The notes beneath the pieces are model-generated. The model was not told the origin of the DNA. It saw only the letters and a program-made list of their open reading frames with translations, and made no database searches. The translations under genes and the position numbers were made by a program. Below are positions 55,930 through 64,000 of a stretch of 64,000 bases of DNA, one piece after another. Where the stretch lies: contig DATJGD010000039.1 of assembly GCA_035495255.1 (NCBI GenBank), forward strand, positions 54,677 to 118,676, read 5' to 3'. The stretch comes from Bacteroidota bacterium. Its GTDB lineage: Bacteria > Bacteroidota > Ignavibacteria > UBA10030 > SZUA-254. Within the stretch, counting starts at the first letter, position 1. Each line of letters opens with the position of its first letter.

Positions 55930-58900
55930 TTGCGGGGGCATCGTTGGATTCAACGTTCGCTGAAAGGCAGTACGATGAAAAAATTAAAATCGATCCTCAA
56001 TTGCAACCGTCTCGGTTTGCTCGTCATTGCAACATGTCTGGCATCGTCTCTCCTTTTCCCGCAAACGGTAAAATACCGGATCCCGGTGACTGTCACAGAC
56101 AGCGGTATCGTCATATTCTCGCAACGACTCGATGCCGGATTGCACCCCAGCGCGTCCGTATGTATCGACACGATAACCCTTACCGGATTCACCGATCATT
56201 GGAGCGAAAACGACAGCAGCTCGGTACGTGAGATCGAGGGTCCCCCACCCACTCCGGCAACGGATATACGTTTCACATCTTCGTGCATAATACAACCATA
56301 CCTTCAGGACATCCGTCATTTTACAGATACGAACCAGGTTGACACCCTCAAGTTCAGGGTCACCCTCGATGCTACCCACGGCGAAGATTCTGTCGCCGTG
56401 AAATTCCGCTGGCCTCACGTTCTCTCTGAATATGCCGACTCAGTAATTCTTGCAAAGTCAACCGGCGCTGAGCGCTTCAGAATCAATATGACGACCCAGG
56501 ATTCGTTCAGTGTCAGTCACTCGATTAACGCCAACGGAACCTCCTTCGGCACAGTATTGATTATTATCAAAGGGCCTAAAGTCCCGCCGCCACCCCCACC
56601 CCCGGTCACACCGGTCTTTCCGTCGATGGGCGAAGAAGATGTCCCACTGAGTCCGACATTTACATGGAATGCCGCTCCTCAGGCGTACTTCTACAAGTTC
56701 CAGCTTGCGACAGATTCGCTCTTCACAACAATAATTTCATCCAGCGTACCCTCCGGGACATCTGCATCGGTGAGTGGCCTGCAGCAAAACAAGACCTATT
56801 ACTGGCGCGTCCTCGTGAGTAATCCGTATGGGTTCAGCTATTACCAAAATCCGGTTTTGCGGTTCAAAACCCTTATTCTTTTACCGGGTGTGCCGCCACT
56901 CCTATCGCCTGCTGATAATGCAACAGGCATCCCCACATCCGGGACGACGTTGCAATGGGGAACGGCTTTATCCTCCTCTCCGGTAACCTATCACGTCCAA
57001 CTCTCCACCGACCAGAATTTTCTTTCAAATATCGTTGCTGAGGATTCTACACTTTCCGGATTGACTTTTCCGACCCCCGCTTTACAGAATTGCCTTACGT
57101 ATTACTGGCGCGTCCGGGCGAAAAACTCAACCGGTCCAGGCGCTTATTCGGCGGCACGATCGTTCAGAGTGGTGCTCTCAGCAACATCGGTTCCGGTCCC
57201 GCTTTCTCCGCTCAATGGAGCCACCGGAGTGGATCCTTCTCCGGTGCTGCACTGGTCTGTGGATTCGTGTTCTATAGGGTATCATCTTCAGGTTTCACGA
57301 GATGCCGCCTTCACCATGGTATTCATCGATCAGATTTTTTCACTTCCTCAATTGGCCATCGGCCCGTTGGGCCAGGACAGTGTTTATTACTGGAGAGTGA
57401 ACTCTATGAACACGATCGACACGAGCGCGTATAGTGCCGTCGATTCTTTCAAGACCAAACTCCTCCCGGCGGCGGCCCCGGTTCTCGTTTCTCCGGTGAA
57501 CGGAGACTCACTGGTACCGGCTTCAGCAAATATCGTTTGGCATCGCGTGAAGTATGCCACCCGTTATCACCTGCAAATTGCGAACAATCCGTTTTTTGTC
57601 TCACCGTTCGAAAACGACTCGACACTGACGGACACAATGAAAGCGGAGCTTTTGGTTAGCTGCGTCAAATATTTCTACCGGGTGAGAGCGATTAATGATT
57701 CAGGTTCGGCAGGATTCAACAGCGCAGGCGGCAACTTCAGCGTCCTGCACCTTCCCGATGCCCCGGCAGGCGCATCACCTCCGAACGGTTCTCTCGGGAT
57801 TCCTTCGAACACGACGCTCATCTGGACGAGCGATGATTGTGCACGGGCGTTCCGGGTTCAGCTCTCGGGTGACGCCCAATTCACGCAGCTCAGGATCAAT
57901 CAAATGATCGTTGGTATACACTCGCTTGCAATCGGACCCCTTGGATCAGACAGCATGTTCTATTGGAGAATCAAATCCATCAACGCTGTCGACTCAAGCC
58001 AGTTCAGCCTTGTGGATTCGTTCCGGACAACCGGCACCATCAGCGGCATCAAATGGAATGATCTTAATTTTGATGGAATCAGGGATTCGAGCGAACCAGG
58101 GTTAGGAGGCTGGACGATTGAAATCCATGCCGATTCCTGCAGTGGCCCTCTCGTCGCTTCTGATACGACATCGGGCAACGGACAATATACGATCGAACTT
58201 CCGCCCGGCACGTATGGTGTGAAGGAAGTCCTCAAGCCGGGCTACGGCCAATCATATCCGGGCGGTAATTGCTATACCGTCTCGGTCCTTCACAACGTCA
58301 CCAACGTGAACTTCGGAAATTATCTGAAGAACAGTGTCAGCGGTACGACATACCGGGACGCGAACAACAACGGCATCCGCGACAGTGCGGAATCGACGGT
58401 CGACGGATTTGTCATCCGTCTCACCGCGGATAGCGCTCACGGGTACGCCGTCGATTCCGTCGTTAGCGCAAATGGCGGATCGTTCAGCTTTACCGATCTC
58501 TCGCCCGGAACGTACACACTCACGGAGCGCCCCGCCACGGGCTGGACAATCTCCGTGCCGTCCGGCGGAACCTACACCATACCGCTGCTTACGGGGATGT
58601 ATCTCACGGGCAAAGATTTCGGAGATTATTATCTCGGCGACGATTCAACGTATCGAACATGGACGTACGCACAGCTCAGTGCCGATACGGAGAAAAAGCC
58701 GATCAAGGCGCCACGGCCAGGTAAGACGATTCATGTTCCAAACAGCGCAAACCTGGTACGCGATTTGATGAAAACAGACCTCGTGACATTGCCGGTCGGC
58801 TTACCGAACATCCAGATCCCCGGGACCAGAAAAATCAAAGGTTATCTCTACCCCAAGCGACAGGGTGACGTCTTCACAACGTTTAATACGAGGGGTATAA

Positions 58901-59727
58901 AGCATGGCCAATTCGTATTTCCGCCTGCGGGTCCGGGACCGATAGATTTCAACAATAAGCTCAAGAGAATTTATGGGAAAAAAGCTAATCTCACTGCAAA
59001 AGTCCACGATAATATTTTAATGGCGGAGCTCTTGACATTAAAGATCAACCTTGCCGCGAGTAGCCAGCACCGAACGAACCCCGGTTTGGGAAACCTGGAA
59101 TACTATGGCCCAAATAGGATCCAGGGGAGACCATTGATGACCGTTGCAGAGATCGCCAGCTACGGCGATTCCATTATGACAAACTGGGAATCGGTAGATC
59201 CGTCCGCATATCCACAATTGTTTACTATTGTTCATGCGATCAATGGAGCGTTTACGACTCCTACCACTGGCGATACTGCCGCGAATGGCGGATGGTTTAC
59301 AGGAGGCGGACGGCTCAAATGGGTCTCCCCTGTCAAGGTACAGTCTACGGGTATCCTGCAGCAGGCAAAGCAGGGCGTCCGAAATCATCCCCAGGCGCCC
59401 CCGGAGCCTTTTGCAGAAATTCCCGATTATTTTGATCTTGCTCAGAACTATCCTAATCCGTTTAATCCGGTAACGACGATACGGTTCAACCTTGCGGTGC
59501 AATCATTCGTCACGTTGAAAATATACAACGTCATCGGGCAAGAAGTGGCCACGCTGTACGATAACGAGTTGATCGATGCAAGCGAAGGTGAAATCGAATT
59601 CGACGGCACGCATCTTGCCTCCGGAATGTACTTCTATCGTTTGACTGCCACCGGCATCGATGAGGAGAGCGGCCAATCCTCCGCTCAGACGTTTACCAGC
59701 GTCAGGAAAATGCTCCTTATCAAATAA
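55930..59727 (+). CDS. Giant T9SS-secreted adhesin-like protein: 5 FN3-like repeats + 2 SdrD-B/Cna-B-like domains + T9SS C-terminal sorting domain; probable start MKKLKSILN… at 55975
   Basis: Five ~95-aa repeats (P.L.SP.NG…L.W……Y.[LV]Q.S.D..F……YYWRV.A.N); two …NDLNFDGIRDS…GW.I…G.Y.F..L.PGTY… domains; C-terminus …AQNYPNPFNPVTTIRFNLAVQSFVTLKIYNVIGQEVATLY…GMYFYRL…. Confidence 0.8.
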   Translation: MRGHRWIQRSLKGSTMKKLKSILNCNRLGLLVIATCLASSLLFPQTVKYRIPVTVTDSGIVIFSQRLDAGLHPSASVCIDTITLTGFTDHWSENDSSSVREIEGPPPTPATDIRFTSSCIIQPYLQDIRHFTDTNQVDTLKFRVTLDATHGEDSVAVKFRWPHVLSEYADSVILAKSTGAERFRINMTTQDSFSVSHSINANGTSFGTVLIIIKGPKVPPPPPPPVTPVFPSMGEEDVPLSPTFTWNAAPQAYFYKFQLATDSLFTTIISSSVPSGTSASVSGLQQNKTYYWRVLVSNPYGFSYYQNPVLRFKTLILLPGVPPLLSPADNATGIPTSGTTLQWGTALSSSPVTYHVQLSTDQNFLSNIVAEDSTLSGLTFPTPALQNCLTYYWRVRAKNSTGPGAYSAARSFRVVLSATSVPVPLSPLNGATGVDPSPVLHWSVDSCSIGYHLQVSRDAAFTMVFIDQIFSLPQLAIGPLGQDSVYYWRVNSMNTIDTSAYSAVDSFKTKLLPAAAPVLVSPVNGDSLVPASANIVWHRVKYATRYHLQIANNPFFVSPFENDSTLTDTMKAELLVSCVKYFYRVRAINDSGSAGFNSAGGNFSVLHLPDAPAGASPPNGSLGIPSNTTLIWTSDDCARAFRVQLSGDAQFTQLRINQMIVGIHSLAIGPLGSDSMFYWRIKSINAVDSSQFSLVDSFRTTGTISGIKWNDLNFDGIRDSSEPGLGGWTIEIHADSCSGPLVASDTTSGNGQYTIELPPGTYGVKEVLKPGYGQSYPGGNCYTVSVLHNVTNVNFGNYLKNSVSGTTYRDANNNGIRDSAESTVDGFVIRLTADSAHGYAVDSVVSANGGSFSFTDLSPGTYTLTERPATGWTISVPSGGTYTIPLLTGMYLTGKDFGDYYLGDDSTYRTWTYAQLSADTEKKPIKAPRPGKTIHVPNSANLVRDLMKTDLVTLPVGLPNIQIPGTRKIKGYLYPKRQGDVFTTFNTRGIKHGQFVFPPAGPGPIDFNNKLKRIYGKKANLTAKVHDNILMAELLTLKINLAASSQHRTNPGLGNLEYYGPNRIQGRPLMTVAEIASYGDSIMTNWESVDPSAYPQLFTIVHAINGAFTTPTTGDTAANGGWFTGGGRLKWVSPVKVQSTGILQQAKQGVRNHPQAPPEPFAEIPDYFDLAQNYPNPFNPVTTIRFNLAVQSFVTLKIYNVIGQEVATLYDNELIDASEGEIEFDGTHLASGMYFYRLTATGIDEESGQSSAQTFTSVRKMLLIK

Positions 59728-59758
59728 TGTCATCTGGCCCCAGCCAGGGATTCAGCGA

Positions 59759-59793
59759 TAAAGCCGATTTCTCAATGAGGAATCGGCTTTTTG
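59759..59793 (+). terminator. Rho-independent terminator of the giant adhesin gene
   Basis: AAAGCCGATT-loop-AATCGGCTTT followed by TTTGC. Confidence 0.65.
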
Positions 59794-59877
59794 CTAATCT
59801 ATCGTATCGCCTTCCGCCTGCGTGATTGCCCTTTTCCCCTATTTTTGTTATACTATTAAAGATTCATCCTTTCTTCA

Positions 59878-60414
59878 ATGCGCTTCACCTATTTCTACAT
59901 ACTCATCATCCTGATCTTTATTTCGGGCTGCTCGTCCTCGCACCAGGATGCACCAACAAGGTCTCAGTCCCAGGATCCGGTCGCACAGGACCAACCGGTC
60001 CAGGAATCGGAACCCCTGGCACCCGTGCCCGATCTTTTATCCGAAGCACGCCAGTGGACTCCCCAGTTCATTCCAACCGGATTTGCATCAGGCATCATGC
60101 TGGAATTTACAGGACTTAAAGCCAACGCGAAGCTCAACGCCAGATATTCCGGGATCGAGCTTGCGCGGATGAGACCCGACAGCTCCCTTCCGCCGGTGTT
60201 GAAACTCACGTCGACCATTAATGATTTGCGGCAGGCTTTTTTTAAGGTCCGGCCCGGGCTCTATCTCGTTCGGCAGACCAGGGCATGGGCGGAGCAGACT
60301 GTCGTCAAAGAAGTAGAAGTGCGCGATGGAAGCTATTCGGTCGTCATGTTTGACGTCCTCAACCCGCGCGCTCCCAAGTCTCAGACTCTGACCGACTCTA
60401 ACTCTACCAGGTAA
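59878..60414 (+). CDS. Lipoprotein, hypothetical
   Basis: Lipobox LIFISGCSSS; Pro/Gln-rich linker then a ~120-aa domain; no motifs recognised. Confidence 0.45.
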   Translation: MRFTYFYILIILIFISGCSSSHQDAPTRSQSQDPVAQDQPVQESEPLAPVPDLLSEARQWTPQFIPTGFASGIMLEFTGLKANAKLNARYSGIELARMRPDSSLPPVLKLTSTINDLRQAFFKVRPGLYLVRQTRAWAEQTVVKEVEVRDGSYSVVMFDVLNPRAPKSQTLTDSNSTR

Positions 60415-60425
60415 ACGTCAGCCCG

Positions 60426-61286
60426 ATGAACGCCGCGCGCACTGCTGTTCTCCTCATATTGTTGTGGTGTACCTCGTCGTCCGTCCGCGCGGATGCCGTT
60501 CGGTGGCTCATCGATGTCGACGATGCGAAGCGGCAGGCATTTGCGGATCACAAGCTCATCCTCATGCTCTTCGAGTACGCGTCGTTTGACCGAAGCGCCA
60601 AAATGACTTCGGAAGTCTGGAATCAGGATACCATCATCGGCCTCTCGCGGAATTTTGTCTGCTTGCGGGTGGATCTCGAACAGATGGAGGCCAGCAGAAA
60701 TATCCTTCTCAAGGATAAGAACCAAAAGCTCATCGTACGATACCGGGTTACCAGCGTTCCTGTGGCAGTCATTATCGATGCCACGGGCAATCTTCTCCTG
60801 ACGTTTAACGATGAGAACTCCCTCCGGGAGATCATCGGTCTTCTCCATTCGGTTCCGACAGATCTCAACAACCTCTACGCTATCCTTCAATCACTTGACC
60901 GGGACAAGGACAATGTCAGGCTGAAGATTGCAGCCGGCGACGAATACCAGAACCTGCACATCTCTCATCTCAGTAATTCATATTATGAGGAGGTTGAAGA
61001 CGAAGATACGGTGAAAAATCATCCTCTACTGTCCGAACGCATTCGTTCGTCCAGGGCAGTGAACCTTGATCGCATGGGGAAATCGGGAGAGGCGATTGAC
61101 ATCTTTGAGCGCCTCGTTGACGAGCAGCCGCCCAGCGAGAATCGCCCCTTTCAGTTGTACATGCTGACGAAACTCTATGCGAAGCGTCTAAAGGAAATCC
61201 GCGCGCGTGATTACTACAATATTCTCAGGAAAGATTATCCACAGAGTGAATTTACCCTCAAAGCGTGGGAAGTGTTGAAGGACTAA
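60426..61286 (+). CDS. Secreted thioredoxin-fold protein lacking the CxxC active site, with C-terminal TPR-like region
   Basis: Signal peptide; thioredoxin-7/DUF255-like …HKLILMLFEYASFDRSAKMTSEVWNQ…NFVCLRVD…YRVTSVPVAVIIDATGN… with ASFDRS where WCxxCK is expected; C-terminal TPR-like helices. Confidence 0.5.
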   Translation: MNAARTAVLLILLWCTSSSVRADAVRWLIDVDDAKRQAFADHKLILMLFEYASFDRSAKMTSEVWNQDTIIGLSRNFVCLRVDLEQMEASRNILLKDKNQKLIVRYRVTSVPVAVIIDATGNLLLTFNDENSLREIIGLLHSVPTDLNNLYAILQSLDRDKDNVRLKIAAGDEYQNLHISHLSNSYYEEVEDEDTVKNHPLLSERIRSSRAVNLDRMGKSGEAIDIFERLVDEQPPSENRPFQLYMLTKLYAKRLKEIRARDYYNILRKDYPQSEFTLKAWEVLKD

Positions 61287-61395
61287 TCGCTATTCATTCC
61301 CGGCACGACTAATCCTTTTAGCCAGATTATCGGTCTAATACACGGGATGCCGGAACTATTTTTATTACCTCAATGTAGTAGAGTAATTAGAATTC

Positions 61396-62442
61396 ATGAA
61401 AAAGAGCACAATAGGTATTATCGCGGTCGGTTTACTCCTTCTGGCCGCAGTCGCCTGGAAGATTGTCGGCACAGCAGGGACCGGCGACACCCGACGCCAG
61501 AACTCCCCTCTCGTCCAGGTTGAACCTCCTGTCCAGCAGACCATCGTCAATACGCTGAGGTTCAACGGCGACGTCCTGCCGATCAAGCAGGCGAACATCT
61601 TTTCGAAGGTCAACGGGAATCTCGAACACATTTACAGCGACATGGGGGCGTTCGTTCACGAGAATCAGACGCTCGCGCTCATCGACACGACGGTGCTTGC
61701 CCAGACCTTCCAGGAGAAGTCTGCCACATATACCAATACGACGCTCGCCTTCAACCGCGCGAATGAGCTGTTTGGAAAGAATCTTATTTCCAAACAGGAG
61801 TATGACAACTCGGAAGCCGCGATGAAAGTGGCGAAGGCGACGTACGAGTCCGCGAAAACTCAGCTTGATTATTCCCGCATCATCGCGCCATTCACCGGAT
61901 ATGTTACGAAACGGTATCTCGACCCCGGGGCGCTCGTGACTTCGAACAATTCCACGCTTTTTACGCTGATGGATCTTGAGTCTATGAAAATCATCATCAA
62001 TGTGCTGGAAAAAGATATTCCGAGTATTACCATCGGCAAGAAAGCGGTCATCACGGTCGATGCATTCCCTCAGAAAGAATTTACCGGAACAATCACCCGC
62101 TACAGCCAGGCGATTGATCTTTCGACGAGGACTATGGCTGTGGAAATCGATATCCCCAACACGGACCACCAGCTCAAGCCCGGGATGTTCGCGAACGTAA
62201 CGGTCATCGTGAATGAAAAGCCAAACGCGCTGACGGTCCCCACGACGTCGCTACTCAAAGATGACAAGGGTAGCTTCATTTATGTCGTCGACAGCAGCAA
62301 GGCGCGACGGCGAAATATTACGCTCGGCGTCGAACAAAACGGCCGGACTGAAATCGTCTCCGGCATCCGCGGGGGCGAGAAGCTCGTCACGACCGGGCAG
62401 CAGTTTGTGCGCGACGGCGGACAAGTGACCATCCAGCAGTAG
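61396..62442 (+). CDS. RND efflux periplasmic adaptor (membrane fusion protein, HlyD family)
   Basis: N-terminal TM; coiled-coil hairpin; …YSRIIAPFTGYVTKRYLDPGALV… and C-terminal beta-barrel/MP domains typical of MFPs. Confidence 0.85.
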   Translation: MKKSTIGIIAVGLLLLAAVAWKIVGTAGTGDTRRQNSPLVQVEPPVQQTIVNTLRFNGDVLPIKQANIFSKVNGNLEHIYSDMGAFVHENQTLALIDTTVLAQTFQEKSATYTNTTLAFNRANELFGKNLISKQEYDNSEAAMKVAKATYESAKTQLDYSRIIAPFTGYVTKRYLDPGALVTSNNSTLFTLMDLESMKIIINVLEKDIPSITIGKKAVITVDAFPQKEFTGTITRYSQAIDLSTRTMAVEIDIPNTDHQLKPGMFANVTVIVNEKPNALTVPTTSLLKDDKGSFIYVVDSSKARRRNITLGVEQNGRTEIVSGIRGGEKLVTTGQQFVRDGGQVTIQQ

Positions 62443-62453
62443 ACGCCTCCCTA

Positions 62454-64000
62454 TGTGGCTTACCCGGCTCGCGCTCCGTTATCCGATATCGACGTTTCTC
62501 TTTGCCTGTACAATCGTTGTTCTTGGCTTCGTTTCATTCCAACAGCTTCCGGTAGACCTTCTTCCGAATATTACCGTTCCCGTTGTAACGACAATTACGT
62601 TTTACTCGGGCGCCGGGCCGCTCGATATGGAACAGTCGGTAACGGTGTTCGTGGAACGCGGGGTAAGCTCCGTTAATGACGTCAGCTACGTCCAATCAAC
62701 GACCCGCGAGGGGGTTTCGCAGGTCCGCATCAATTTTAACTGGGACGCAAATCTCGACGTCGGCATGGTGGACGTCGTTCAGCGGGTGAACCGGATTCTC
62801 AACCAGCTGCCAACCGGAGTTTCGCAGCCCATCGTATTACGGTTCGATATCACCAATCTTCCCGTGTGCAATATTGCCGTTTCGGGGGACATGGATGAAC
62901 GGGATCTGTACGATCTCGCCTTCAACACGATCGAGCCCCAGATCGAGCACGTCAACGGCGTCGCCTCCGCCCAGGTACTGGGAGGCCGCATCCGCGAAAT
63001 TCATGTCACCATCGACCGGGACCGCATCCAGGCCCTCCAGCTGCCGATTGCCACGGTCCTCACCGCAGTGGCAAATTCCAATCTTATCATCCCTTCGGGA
63101 GATTTAAAGACGGGGAAATTCGACTACTCGCTGAAAACGGAAAGCCGGTTTAATGTCGTCAAGCCGATTGAGGACGTTGTTGTTCGGTCTGTGAACGGCG
63201 TCGCCATCAGGGTCAAGGATGTGGCGAACGTCGAAGACAGCTACCAGGAGCAGTCCGAGCTCATTCGCATCAACGGGAAACCGGGATTGACGATGCGGGT
63301 GCAGAAGCTCGCCAGCGCCAACACCATCGATGTGGTCGATAATGTCATGAAGGCGATTCCGAGGCTCACCGGCGTTCCGGAGAACGTTCAAATGACGATC
63401 TCCTTCGATCAGTCGATGTACATCAAGCAGACGATTTCCGGGCTGCAGCGCGAAGGATTTCTCGGTGCGGTCCTTGCGATGATCATTATCATGTTCTTCC
63501 TGAGAAATATGCGGGGAACGCTGATTATTCTTGTCGCCATCCCGCTCTCTATTCTCCTGGCCTTTATTTGGTTCCGCTTTGGCAATGTTACGCTGAATAT
63601 TATGACGTTTGGCGGGCTTGCGCTCGCGGTCGGCCGTCTTGTCGATGATTCTATCGTAGAGCTGGAGGCGATCTCACGCCATTACAACGAACGGAAGCCG
63701 AATCAATCCAAACTTGAAGCTACGCTTGAGGCGGCGAAAGAGGTCGCATCGCCGATCTTTGTTTCCACGCTCACGACGGTCATTGTCTTCCTGCCGATCG
63801 TCTTCCTGACGGGCATCGCGAAGCTGTTGTTCATACCCCTCACCATCACGATTACAGTAGCGCTGTTCGGTTCGTTCCTTGTCTCCCGGACGGTGACGCC
63901 GCTCATGTGCCTGAAGTATTTGCCTCCGGAAAAACTCATAGATCGCACGTCATCAAAGTTTTCCGACAGGATGCGTGTTCGGTCAACTGATGTTATTGAT
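62454..64000 (+). CDS. RND efflux pump inner-membrane permease (AcrB/CzcA family), 3'-truncated by the window edge
   Basis: ATG 62454, 11 nt after the MFP stop; MWLTRLALRYPISTFLFACTIVVLGFVSFQQLPVDLLPNITVPVV…; open to the window end; not in the ORF track (no stop). Confidence 0.85.

Overview
This 64-kb window is a chromosomal segment from a moderately GC-rich Gram-negative bacterium that appears to belong to the FCB group (Bacteroidota/Chlorobi/Ignavibacteria-like). Evidence for that placement: four proteins end in the Por/T9SS C-terminal sorting motif (N/Y-PNPFNPVT...), there is a CarbopepD_reg-TonB-dependent receptor, and BamA and HprK are present. Coding density is high; nearly all genes from ~0.3 to 47.4 kb are on the minus strand, and from nrdJ onward they are on the plus strand.

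Housekeeping genes recognised: tatD, a DegT-type aminotransferase, GT4 and GT2 glycosyltransferases, metG, holB, bamA, hprK, hpf, a XerC/D-type recombinase, topA, ybeY, a cold-shock protein, lysS, an acyl-CoA ligase, class II B12-dependent ribonucleotide reductase (nrdJ), and an RND efflux MFP plus pump (the pump is truncated at the window end).

Accessory or unusual content:
- An ECF sigma / zinc-finger-HEAT anti-sigma / 2x DUF4097 operon preceded by a beta-lactamase-fold serine hydrolase.
- A secretome island (12.5-18.2 kb) containing T9SS cargo proteins, two tandem Gly/Ser/Thr-rich lipoprotein paralogues, and an alpha-lytic-protease-like (S1E-type) serine protease. The protease is flanked on both sides by small lipoproteins that are paralogous to each other and resemble the protease's own N-terminal pro-region. 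This is the most interesting candidate system in the window.
- A crcB-DUF190 fluoride module whose leader carries a truncated crcB-motif (fluoride-riboswitch-like) element.
- A run of small membrane-protein genes including a TMEM175 (DUF1211) K+-channel homologue and an unannotated 33-aa peptide.
- A 1250-aa FN3 x5 / SdrD-B x2 T9SS adhesin.

No rRNA, tRNA, CRISPR array, transposase or prophage genes were found. All calls are from reading the translations and the DNA by eye; no database searches were run.
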